Source: Amphiscolops sp. MND2022 (Eukaryota). From it: a stretch of DNA of 64,000 nucleotides. The notes beneath the pieces were generated by a model that was not told where the DNA came from, did no database searches, and worked only from the letters and a program-made list of their open reading frames with translations. The DNA is taken from positions 41,356,001 through 41,420,000 of the forward strand of contig OZ076413.1 in assembly GCA_964187785.1 (NCBI GenBank). The letters are read 5' to 3'. How positions within the stretch are numbered: position 1 is the stretch's first letter; each line of letters opens with the position of its first letter. This document shows, piece after piece, positions 35,902 through 48,000 of this stretch. The translations under genes were made by a program, and so were the position numbers.

Positions 35902-37910
35902 TAAAGTTTCACAACAAAATTGGGTAGTTTCCACATCTTCTTGGTGCACACTATTGATATTGTAATTTCTAGATTCTCCAGGGCCTTTTCTGGTCTTTCT
36001 AGCGTTTCTCCAGAATTGCAGGGTGCATTCGTATGTGTGGGTAACTTTTTTTCGTCTTCGGTGATTTTTGGTCCCTGCCAAGTCGGCCATTTTTCCTCGA
36101 GTTTTCGCAATTTCTTTCCATTGTTGTTTGGCCACCACGCTGGTAGACGTTATAACAGCAGCTATAATTTTTCATCTCTTCATTTCAAATTGATTTCTCA
36201 AAAGAATACTAGCTTGAGGAATCTTAACCACACACTAATTCTGGGTTTCTCACAGTTGTTACACGGTTTTGATAATATTGATACTAACTTGTCAATCTTT
36301 CAAAAATCTTTCAAAATTCTGAGCTCAGATTTTAAACTTTCAAATTTCTTACCCTTGACAGTACACTGAGAAGTTGAAAAATTGACAAATTTTTTTCAAA
36401 GCTTAATTTCTCCACGAATAGTAGCCGCAGCTCAAATTGGTTTTCTGCTCCTAAAAGCCCTTTAACTAAACTTTCAAATGCACCGTCGGGGCCTTTCAAA
36501 TGCCTGTCAAACTCGTATCTGAATCTTCATTGAGAAATTTCTATACATGTCTTCAATCAGATACTCTAATAGATTCTTGACAAGAAAGACAAAGTTTCGT
36601 TTTTGTACATTCTTCTTGCGTTTCGTAACTTTTTATTGATTGCGAAAAAAATCGCTGTCCTATTTGAGGACGAAATCACTGTCGAGTTTGTAACCAGTGG
36701 CAAACAGCTTTGGTTTTGAAGCTTTGATCAATATATAATTTCAAAAGTCAATCACGGCACATTTAAAGTTTCATTGAAATTGAAATGACAAGAGGAAAAA
36801 CCAGCACGCAAGTTCATGAAAAATTGATGGGTGATACCTGCCAAAATGATGTATGTTACGTAACAATAAAACAACCCTGCAGTAATTTGATTGACTTTCC
36901 TTGACCCCATACAAAGTGTATTTTGTACATGAGCTTTTCATATCTCAATGACAGGATTTTCAATTTATTTGGTTCCGCATAAATTCTTTTTCTTGATTGC
37001 AGCTGCATGCGAAGTGTAAATCATGGAGGAAATATGAGAGCAAACTCTTTTTTTTGAGGCCGCCCAAGTATGAACACATTCTTTTAGAGCTTAATGCTTC
37101 TATTGTTTCGAAGGGGATGGATATGTATGTATAAGCGAAAACGGGAGATACAAAATTATAATAGTCTGTGTATTCATCGATCCATGACCATCACACAGGA
37201 ACCATGGTTCAAATAACAGCGTCGCCACATCACGGGGCCGTGTTTTTTTTTAAAAAATCGCCTGAGCTCTTTTTTGACCTCTCAAGTTTGTAAGCAAAAA
37301 AAATCGATGCTCGACGCTGTTAAACTTTACTTTTTTACACGGTACACGTATTGCAAACAAGATTTTCATACCGAATAAATTGAAAAAAAAGACATCTGAA
37401 AATAAATTGAAAAAAGTCGATTTTTCGCAGTATGCGATAAAATGAAACATTCGAAAAAAGTTTAAGAAACCGAGTCACGCGCCAACGATCACAGTAAACT
37501 TTTTATACTTGTTTTACTAGAAGAGAGCGTTGAATAGAATTTGTTGTCAATGGTTCATGATCTCAATGAGCGCGAATGACAAATCGGCGCTTGTAACAGA
37601 TGGTTTCATACCATTTACCTATAGTTTAGACAGTCAGCAAGCCATGTTTGATACCGTTTTGGTGGATAGAATCCAGCTGAAACTGAAGCCGACAAAAATC
37701 TCATCTTGCCCCTGACGTGCTGAAAGCAGCTGTGACAAATTCGTTTCACACTATGCTACCATTAGCACTGCAAACCACATCTGAGAGTTCAATTATCTCT
37801 AAAATTTGTTTGTGTGTGTATTTGTTTTGGAACCTGACAAAAAAGCATATTGTAGAGGTAGTTGTCTTTCTATGTTTTATTTTTTAGCATAAACAATGTT
37901 AAAGTCATTT

Positions 37911-38444
37911 TTAGTCGGCCAATTTTTGTAGGAAATGAGCCCGACTATTACAGTGGGTAGTTTTTTAAAAATTTTTAAACGCGTAAGGTCCACTTTTTTG
38001 TTCATTTGTTCAACAACATCGACTTGAACTACGGGCGTGCAAAACATACTCGAAACGCCAGAACCTCGTCCAAAACAATCTCGTCCAGAATCTCGAAAAC
38101 ACACTAAAAATTCCCCTTTGATGTCTTTCACTCGGATTTTTTTCGGCACTATGCGACTTTTTTTGAAATTCTTTAGATCGCACCAAAGGGTCTCCCGTTC
38201 GTTTGTTTCGATATTTTGCAACATAATGTTAAAAAATCCCAAAGGGTTCCCCCTTTTACATTTTTCGGCACTGTGACAATTTTTTTGCATTTCTCGGAAA
38301 TTTTTTAAAATCTCCCAAGGGTCCCCCTTCAATTTTTTTTTCATATTTTTCAAGCAACTGGACTTTTACAAAGCCCAAAGGGTCCCCCCTTTTACAATTT
38401 TGAGCCTTAGATATAGCGCCAACTTTGGCCGTTCCCGGCATGTT
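37911..38444 (+). mobile_element. HINE/DINE-1-like element
   Basis: 5' TTAGTCGG..CCGACTA inverted repeat; AAAGGGTCCCCC internal repeats; 3' AGCGCCAACT, GCCG-TTCC-CGGC hairpin, TGTT. Confidence 0.65.
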
Positions 38445-39208
38445 CTACATTGCCAAACTCAGGTTCTAAATAATCTTGTACTTAATGATTGTACAAAGTT
38501 CATCCCGGGAAATTCCAACAATAATTTTGATTGAGTTTAAACACAGAGACTTCAAATTCTTATCACATTCTCAGGAGTCCGGAATACTTTCGAAATCAAG
38601 GTTCCTTGAAAATGTATCTCGAAGTGAACAGGAAATGAGCGCCATTAGGGGTATCGGTTATACATATCATAGCTAATTAGCGTAGCTACGTCACCCTATC
38701 GGAAGTTTCAATCCGTAAAATTACCCTGATTTAAACTCTAGGCCTTAGAAAAGGAAAGTCGATTTTGGAAAGTCACTCAGTTGTCCCAAAGCAACAGGTT
38801 TTTGGAGGAACTTGATTGAAACATGCATTGAAACTACACTAATTCTGATTCTCGGTGAACTCAACTACTAGGCCTGGCACAAACGGTGCATTTTTCTATT
38901 TAGCGGCACGGCCAAGAATGAACAATCCAAGGACAACACAAATTTGAGCACGGCTTAGACCTCGAAGAGAGGACATATGATTGTTTTGATCATGGTCTGA
39001 TTGATAAAAAAGTAGAATGTCTGAAATCGTCCAAAAAATCTAAATGGGGGGATCTTTTGGGTTGCTTCCGCTTACAAGTTTACAGAGCATGAAAGTGATT
39101 AAAAAGGAGAGCTTTTAGCACCAAGGAATATTTTGAAAAATGGTTCCACTGCCGATGTGCTAAAGCAATTAAAAGGGTATATTTTGTAATTGTTACAAGA
39201 ATATCATC

Positions 39209-42050
39209 AACAAAACGGGAACGGCTAGCGTCGGTGCCCGTTAAGAGCACAAAAAGCGCAGTTTTAAAATTACAATGCTCTTTTTTAAAAGTTTGAGAAG
39301 TTTCACTACTTTCAAGGAAGCTTTTTATGCATGTCTTATTCGAAATCCATGTTTTCCCCGGAAGTTATATGCATCTTGGCGTCTGATAACTTTGGCGTTA
39401 ACTCTTAGTTTCGACGCAAAAAAGAAAAAAAGTTCCCTGTATCCAAATTGTTGACGTTATATCCGTGATAGATATTTTTTGTACGTTTTATACGGAAAAG
39501 CGTTGCGATTTGAAATCGCATTTCATAACATTAACAAGACGCCCGCTGAGCAGCGGGATATTTTCCGCCCCGAACTGTTCTACAACTACATAAGTTTGAG
39601 GCTCAAGAAAAAGCCAATGCACTATAAAAATGCCAATAAGTTCGAAGAAAAGAAAACTTTGATTCATCGTACCCCATTTTAAAGGAAACCCCTAATTTAT
39701 CATTTCAGAGAGCTGGTCACTTTTCGTTTTTTCGGCACTATGCGACTTACCGAGAAAAAAGAAAGTTTTCAAGAAATTTTTTGAAAATAATTTTAAAAAC
39801 AATTTTCAAAATTTTTAGTTTTCGATTTTTTCTGTAAAGGAAACAAGTTTCCCGAGTCTTGAGGGTGACCTCTTTGTTACTTTTGATCACGTGGAACTGA
39901 TGAGTTTTCTTCTTGATTGGTGGAAATACCTCATTTAAGTTTTTTTCGACTCTGTACTTTAATTTGGTCAAAGTGTACCCCTTGCTTTCGTAGCACATTT
40001 CGGCTTGAGAAAAGCAGTTTCGCGAGCTGAAACTCGTTTCGCCATAAATGGTAAAAAAGAAAATGGTAAAAGCTTGAAATTAAAATTAGGTCTGTTTCAA
40101 ATTTAGGAAAGTTGAGCAATCCCGGTTTGTTATATTATTGTACATTGTTTCACCAGAAGTGTCAAAAATTGCATATAGTTTTGACAAGTTTAGGGTCAAT
40201 TTGAGGAATTTTTCGAACATGAATCTACAGATGTCTCTTCAAAAATAAGCCTACTGGATACCGAGTTTAGCTGTTGTTGAATGTTTACACCATTCTAACC
40301 CACGAGTAGCTCGAAACATCTTTCTTAGGAAGATGTACTCCATTTCTAGTGAATTTGCTTGGAGGTTTTTGAATGACAAATATTGGACAAATGAGGTTGA
40401 AATTTACGTTTTCAAGTAAAGTATTTGAAAGTTTTGCGAACAAACTTCTCTGATATCTTTACGGAACACTACCGGTAGCTAGACGTTTCAATACTGAGCC
40501 TATCATATTTCTGATTGAAGTAAGTTTTAGGAAAGTGTCCAAAATTGGGACTATGTTGTCAAAAACAAAGAAAGTTCGGGAACTTTGACATCTTTGCTGT
40601 AAACTCGATGAACTTCATACCTCTTTTTCTCACAATTGCGTTTTGAATACCTTATTGTTTAAACGCTGAGGTCATTGAAATTTCTCTTTCTTAAAAATTT
40701 TCATGGCTTGAACAAAAATGGGATTAGTTTGTCAAACATTGTGCTTTTTTTGTTTCAGGGATTTTTGGGTGTTTTTGAGACCAATTCCAACAAAAAATGC
40801 AGTTATCTCTTGAAAATTGCCTACTGGAGATACCCAGATTAGTTAGTGTTGAGTGTTTAAAACCATTTTATGCTAGGAAGTAGGTCAAAAAAAACAACAA
40901 AAAACTGCCTGAAAATGTAAAAAAACTTGAAAATTTTCAGCTTTCCCAAAATATTCAGTTTTCCAAGGCTCACCGAAACAACAAGTTTGCCCACGCTTTA
41001 AGCGTTTAAACACTGTAGTCCACGAAGTCTATCGATATTTTGACAAAAAGTGGAAAAAAAGGAATTTGATAATTTTTCGAAATTTTGTCTTTTTCGATCT
41101 CGATTCCGGACAATTTCCTATTGAAAAACTGTATTTATCTCTTTTCTAAGCATACTAGACAACAATTATTTTCATTATTGACCCTTTTCAGCGTTCCAAT
41201 TGGCGAAGTTTGTCAAAAATTTGAAAAAAATGCATGAAATCTTTGAAAATTGGAAATTTTTGGGATTTTTGTCATTTTCGGTGTCAATTTGAGACATTTT
41301 CAAACAGAATATTGCAATTATGTCTTCATTAAAGACTACGGGACGTACCAATTTTTTCATTGTTGACCCTTCAAAACATTCCAATCCACGAAGTCTGTGA
41401 AACTTAACAAAAAATGCATAAAACTTTACTTTGAAAGTTGGAAAATTTTGTGTTTTTTGTCAATTTCGGTGTCAATTTGAGACATTTTCATTTAGACATT
41501 CAATAAACTCTTAAAAATGGTCACTGGACAACCAACGTTTTCCTTGTTGACCCCTTAAAACATTCCAATCCACGAAGTCTCCAAAATTTGACGAGAAATG
41601 CGTAGAAACTTTGAAAAATGGAAAATTTAGGGACTTTTGTCATTTTCGGTGTCAATTTGAGACTTTTTTCAGTAAAAAAAACAGCATTTATCTCTTCATA
41701 AACGACTACTGAACAACGAGTTTTTGTCTTTGTGAATCTTTTCAACATTCTAATCCACGACATTTATCGGAAACTCGACAAAAATTGCATTGAAACGTAA
41801 AAAAATGCAAATTTTCTTTTTTTTCTGGTCATTTTTAAGTTATTTTGGGGTCATTCTGGGGTCCTTGGGGTCAACTAAAAAAGTCCGGAAATCTCCACAA
41901 ATACAATTCGCACGAAGCTAAATTTATGTGAGCTGAATTCTATGGGTGAAACCCTTTAGCTTTGACATAAATAAATTCTTGGCAAATTTTGTAAAAAAAA
42001 CCCGTTCGATTTAAATATTTTCCTTTCCCATATGAAATATGGGCGGAAAA
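39209..42050 (-). mobile_element. Long HINE-related repeat (hairpin end at 39209) with internal tandem repeats; distal boundary uncertain
   Basis: AACAAAACGGGAACGGCTAGCGTCGGTGCC resembles the reversed family 3' end; TTTTTCGGCACTATGCGACTT core at 39728. Confidence 0.4.
41170..41800 (+). repeat. Divergent ~180-188-bp tandem repeat
   Basis: TCGGTGTCAATTTGAGAC recurs near 41278, 41466 and 41647; CATTCCAATCCACGAAGTCT also recurs; more degenerate units extend toward 40190. Confidence 0.8.
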
Positions 42051-45000
42051 TAAAAAACACTGAGCGGGCGATCCCGTGAAATTTATAAATTTATAAAAAG
42101 AGGCGCTCTTTCTTCACTCTACTTTAAGAGCTGCGGCCTTTCTTCGTGCAAATTGCAAAAATTGTGAATTAACTTTACTTGCTACTATTTACCATCAAAC
42201 TTGCAGAAATGAAACATTTGCATGAAAATATGGCTAGCAGCGAAAATCTATGTGACAAATTATATACAACAAAATTATAATATACAAGTAACATTCCCAC
42301 CCCAGCAACTAAGTCTTCAGACATTTGAATAAAGGCGGGATTCTTTTGCAAAGCATAAATTCCGCTTTGCATATGGAAAAAGTATGGAAAACACGTGGAA
42401 CCTAGACCTCCCTAAGTAACCCAGGTAGTCTTTTATGATTGTACGCGTAACCGCAAATAAATGTTGGATAAACTTTGGTAAGCTTCCCTATTGTTTGCAT
42501 TAGTCCGGTGAAAAACCTGTCTACCGTGTAAGGCTTATAAGTTTCTTTCATGATTAACCTCAATTCTGTCCGTAGATGTGTCCAAAGAGCAGTTCTATAG
42601 AGCAGTCCTCGAAAATGTTATCTAAAGTGAAGGTAATTATTTACAGGAATTCTCCCAAAGAATCCAGATTCGGTCCGGACTCTTGAACTGGCGCCTTGTT
42701 TGAAGTGTGCTTCTGACTTCGGAGACTCTTGGATGCCGTATTACGCAACAAAATACGTTATGTAACATTATGATGTTATCATTTGTCTGTGATTGATAAA
42801 GACAGGTGAAGTTAACTGTTAACAATCAGAAGCCCCACTCAGCCAAAAGGGAACTACCCTAGTAGTTAACCCCTCCCCTCAGGACGTTTAATCTACCTGA
42901 AATCAATCAATTCTTCCTCATCACAAAGTACCCCCACTTCACAAAAAAGCCAGAAAATTCACGAAATGTTTTCGACAAGAAACTATTTAGGTCAAAAATT
43001 AGGTGATTTAGGTCCATTACTGCTTGCAGTTGTCGTTTGACTGATGACTTCATTTTGTTGATATTCTTTGATTTCTGAACTTGTCTGATTCATTCAAGAA
43101 TATTCAAGCCTCTGGGCGCCTCTTCTTTGACGTCTTTCTAACATGAAATTACACGGAAAATGCAATTGGATTGTTTTTGAATGAAACAAACGAAATTAAT
43201 CACATTCCATTACATCAGAAGGTAATTAGAATTCATGAAGGTGAAACTCAATTTTCATATACAAAAATTCAATTTAGGAAAGAAAAGGAAAGGAAAGGAA
43301 AATTTATTTGAATGGATACACAATAATATAAGTTAACGGGAGTTTAATAAACTTATAAAAACTTCATCAAATCAGGACACAAAATGAGCTTAAGCAGCTC
43401 TTCAAGTTTCTGCCCCACATCAAAAAAGCTGAAAGACTGCAAGGGAAAAATTCAGAGTATTTCTTCAAAGTTGTCACTCAGTTGAATAGGCAAATGTATG
43501 GCTCAGGTTTTCGATCTTTGCGAATATGTGCAGATCTGCAGGGTTTTTGCAGATCTTTGCAGATATGTGCAGATCTGCAGAAGTTTTGCAGATCTTTGCA
43601 GATATGTGCAGATTCGAAAAAAATTGACATACTCAAGAATCACAATAAAAACCCCACAGCGATGTGTTTAAAACTGGAGAAAAGTCTCAGTTATGTCAAA
43701 ACGATGAAACTTTTTTCTGTAGCATTCTGTACAGATCTGTAGAAATTACAGATCTTTACAGATCTTTACAGAGCCAAACAATGACCGATAAATTACTATA
43801 ACGTATTCCAAGTTAACAGCATTTACTAAAAATACTCCAACAAACTATGTTACGGAAATATATAACAACAACACTTTATCAACACATCAACCAGCCCAGA
43901 AGGTTGACACATGTCAAATTTTATCTCTCAAAACGAAGTCAATATGGCAAACGAGCCTCTCAAAGTTCAACAACCACATCTGGAAAGTTCAAGTGAAATG
44001 GATAAATTACGGTGTATAACCACTACCGCACTTTCTCCAGTTACCAAAATTACCGTGATGGGGACAAATTTTCCTTCTCGAGATTTCTGAGTGATGGAGA
44101 GTTTCAATTGACTGACCCTAGGTCAGCTAAATTACTCGATAAAGTAGTTGAAGAAGTCCAAAAATGCAGTATATTGGTTCCTTAGAACCTGCAGAAAAAC
44201 ATATTTCTGCAATAATCTTTAAAAGAAAGACTGCGCACTTTTGTAAAGATCTTGCAGATCTGTATGGATCTTCAAGATTCAGTGCAACGATCTCTGCAGA
44301 ACCCTGCAGAAAAAATCCTGCAGATCTGCACAGATTCACAAAGATCGAAAACCTGGGGTTACAGTCATGAAAGTGTATCGAAGATCAATACGCTAACATT
44401 ACTATCCATGATATAAAGTTCCGAACTTTTGTTTAGTTCGGAAGAAATTTGCGAGTTATTCAAACGCTTGATATCTTTGGGTATCAAATCCCTGTCTTTT
44501 AGCCAATTATATGCTTGCCGTAATCTATTTTCAACCGATTTCGATTCAGTGACCGTCTGACTGTAGGGGATAGACAACCGTCCCTTTTTGCTCCTTCTAG
44601 TATAATATCAATTATTACCAGCCAGCTGTATTTAGTGAACTGAGAGGTGATTCCATTCTCAATTGTTTGAAAACTTCGGCTAAAAGCTCCATTAGGTATA
44701 TTTCGAATACAGTCATAATTTTGTTCCCTTCAAAAATATATCCAACACTATCGTATTTGTTTCTGAAAAAATGCCCTTAGTATTCTTCATTGAGCTTGCC
44801 CAAATTGTTCTTCGTTGAGCTTTTGGAAGGGTTTCATTACTTTCAAGGAAGCTTTTTATGCATGTCTTATTCGAAATCCATGTTTTCCCCGGATGTTATA
44901 TGCATCTTGGCGTCTGATAACTTTGGCGTTAACTCTTAGTTTTGACGCAAAAAAGAAAAAAAGTTCCCTGTATCCAAATTGTTGACGTTATATCCGTGAT

Positions 45001-48000
45001 AGATATTTTTTGTACGTTTTATACGGAAAAGCCTTGCGATTTGAAATCGCATTTCATAACATTAAAAAACACTGAGCGGGCGATCCCGTGAAATTTATAA
45101 ATTTATAAAAAGAGGCGCTCTTTCTTCACTCTACTTTAAGAGCTGCGGCCTTTCTTCGTGCAAATTGCAAAAATTGTGAATTAAGTTTACTTGCTACTAT
45201 TTACCATCAAACTTGCAGAAATGAAACATTTGCATGAAAATATGGCTAGCAGCGAAAATCTATGTGACAAATTATATACAACAAAATTATAATATACAAG
45301 TAACATTCCCACCCCAGCAACTAAGTCTTCAGCCATTTGAATAAAGGCGGGATTCTTTTGCAAAGCATAAATTCCGCTTTGCATATGGAAAAAGTATGGA
45401 AAACACGTGGAACCTAGACCTCCCTAAGTAACCCAGGTAGTCTTTTATGATTGTACGCGTAACCGCAAATAAATGTTGGATAAACTTTGGTAAGCTTCCC
45501 TATTGTTTGCATTAGTCCGGTGAAAAACCTGTCTACCGTGTAAGGCTTATAAGTTTCTTTCATGATTAACCTCAATTCTGTCCGTAGATGTGTCCAAAGA
45601 GCAGTTCTATAAAGCAGTCCTCGAAAATGTTATCTAAAGTGAAGGTAATTATTTACAGGAATTCTCCCAAAGAATCCAGATTCGGTCCGGACTCTTGAAC
45701 TGGCGCCTTGTTTGAAGTGTGCTTCTGACTTCGGAGACTCTTGGATGCCGTATTACGCAACAAAATACGTTATGTAACATTATGATGTTATCATTTGTCT
45801 GTGATTGATAAAGACAGGTGAAGTTAACTGTTAACAATCAGAAGCCCCACTCAGCCAAAAGGGAACTACCCTAGTAGTTAACCCCTCCCCTCAGGACGTT
45901 TAATCTACCTGAAATCAATCAATTCTTCCTCATCACAAAGTACCCCCACTTCACAAAAAAGCCAGAAAATTCACGAAATGTTTTCGACAAGAAACTATTT
46001 AGGTCAAAAATTAGGTGAATTAGGTCCATTACTGCTTGCAGTTGTCGTTTGACTGATGACTTCATTTTGTTGATATTCTTTGATTTCTGAACTTGTCTGA
46101 TTCATTCAAGAATATTCAAGCCTCTGGGCGCCTCTTCTTTGACGTCTTTCTAACATGAAATTACACGGAAAATGCAATTGGATTGTTTTTGAATGAAACA
46201 AACGAAATTAATCACATTCCATTACATCAGAAGGTAATTAGAATTCATGAAGGTGAAACTCAATTTTCATATACAAAAATTCAATTTAGGAAAGAAAAGG
46301 AAAGGAAAGGAAAATTTATTTGAATGGATACACAATAATATAAGTTAACGGGAGTTTAATAAACTTATAAAAACTTCATCAAATCAGGACACAAAATGAG
46401 CTTAAGCAGCTCTTCAAGTTTCTGCCCCACATCAAAAAAGCTGAAAGACTGCAAGGGAAAAATTCAGAGTATTTCTTCAAAGTTGTCACTCAGTTGAATA
46501 GGCAAATGTATGGCTCAGGTTTTCGATCTTTGCGAATATGTGCAGATCTGCAGGGTTTTTGCAGATCTTTGCAGATATGTGCAGATCTGCAGAAGTTTTG
46601 CAGATCTTTGCAGATATGTGCAGATTCGAAAAAAATTGACATACTCAAGAATCACAATAAAAACCCCACAGCGATGTGTTTAAAACTGGAGAAAAGTCTC
46701 AGTTATGTCAAAACGATGAAACTTTTTTCTGTAGCATTCTGTACAGATCTGTAGAAATTACAGATCTTTACAGAGCCAAACAATGACCGATAAATTACTA
46801 TAACGTATTCCAAGTTAACAGCATTTACTAAAAATACTCCAACAAACTATGTTACGGAAATATATAACAACAACACTTTATCAACACATCAACCAGCCCA
46901 GAAGGTTGACACATGTCAAATTTTATCTCTCAAAACGAAGTCAATATGGCAAACGAGCCTCTCAAAGTTCAACAACCACATCTGGAAAGTTCAAGTGAAA
47001 TGGATAAATTACGGTGTATAACCACTACCGCACTTTCTCCAGTTACCAAAATTACCGTGATGGGGACAAATTTTCCTTCTCGAGATTTCTGAGTGATGGA
47101 GAGTTTCAATTGACTGACCCTAGGTCAGCTAAATTACTCGATAAAGTAGTTGAAGAAGTCCAAAAATGCAGTATATTGGTTCCTTAGAACCTGCAGAAAA
47201 ACATATTTCTGCAATAATCTTTAAAAGAAAGACTGCGCACTTTTGTAAAGATCTTGCAGATCTGTATGGATCTTCAAGATTCAGTGCAACGATCTCTGCA
47301 GAACCCTGCAGAAAAAATCCTGCAGATCTGCACAGATTCACAAAGATCGAAAACCTGGGGTTACAGTCATGAAAGTGTATCGAAGATCAATACGCTAACA
47401 TTACTATCCATGATATAAAGTTCCGAACTTTTGTTTAGTTCGGAAGAAATTTGCGAGTTATTCAAACGCTTGATATCTTTGGGTATCAAATCCCTGTCTT
47501 TTAGCCAATTATATGCTTGCCGTAATCTATTTTCAACCGATTTCGATTCAGTGACAGTCTGACTGTAGGGGATAGACAACCGTCCCTTTTTGCTCCTTCT
47601 AGTATAATATCAATTAATACCAGCCAGCTGTATTTAGTGAACTGAGAGGTGATTCCATTCTCAATTGTTTGAAAACTTCGGCTAAAAGCTCCATTAGGTA
47701 TATTTCGAATACAGTCATAATTTTGTTCCCTTCAAAAATATATCCAACACTATCGTATTTGTTTCTGAAAAAATGCCCTTAGTATTCTTCATTGAGCTTG
47801 CCCGAATTGTTCTTCGTTGAGCTTTTGGAAGGGTTTCATTACTTTCAAGGAAGCTTTTTATGCATGTCTTATTCGAAATCCATGTTTTCCCCGGATGTTA
47901 TATGCATCTTGGCGTCTGATAACTTTGGCGTTAACTCTTAGTTTTGACGCAAAAAAGAAAAAAAGTTCCCTGTATCCAAATTGTTGACGTTATATCCGTG

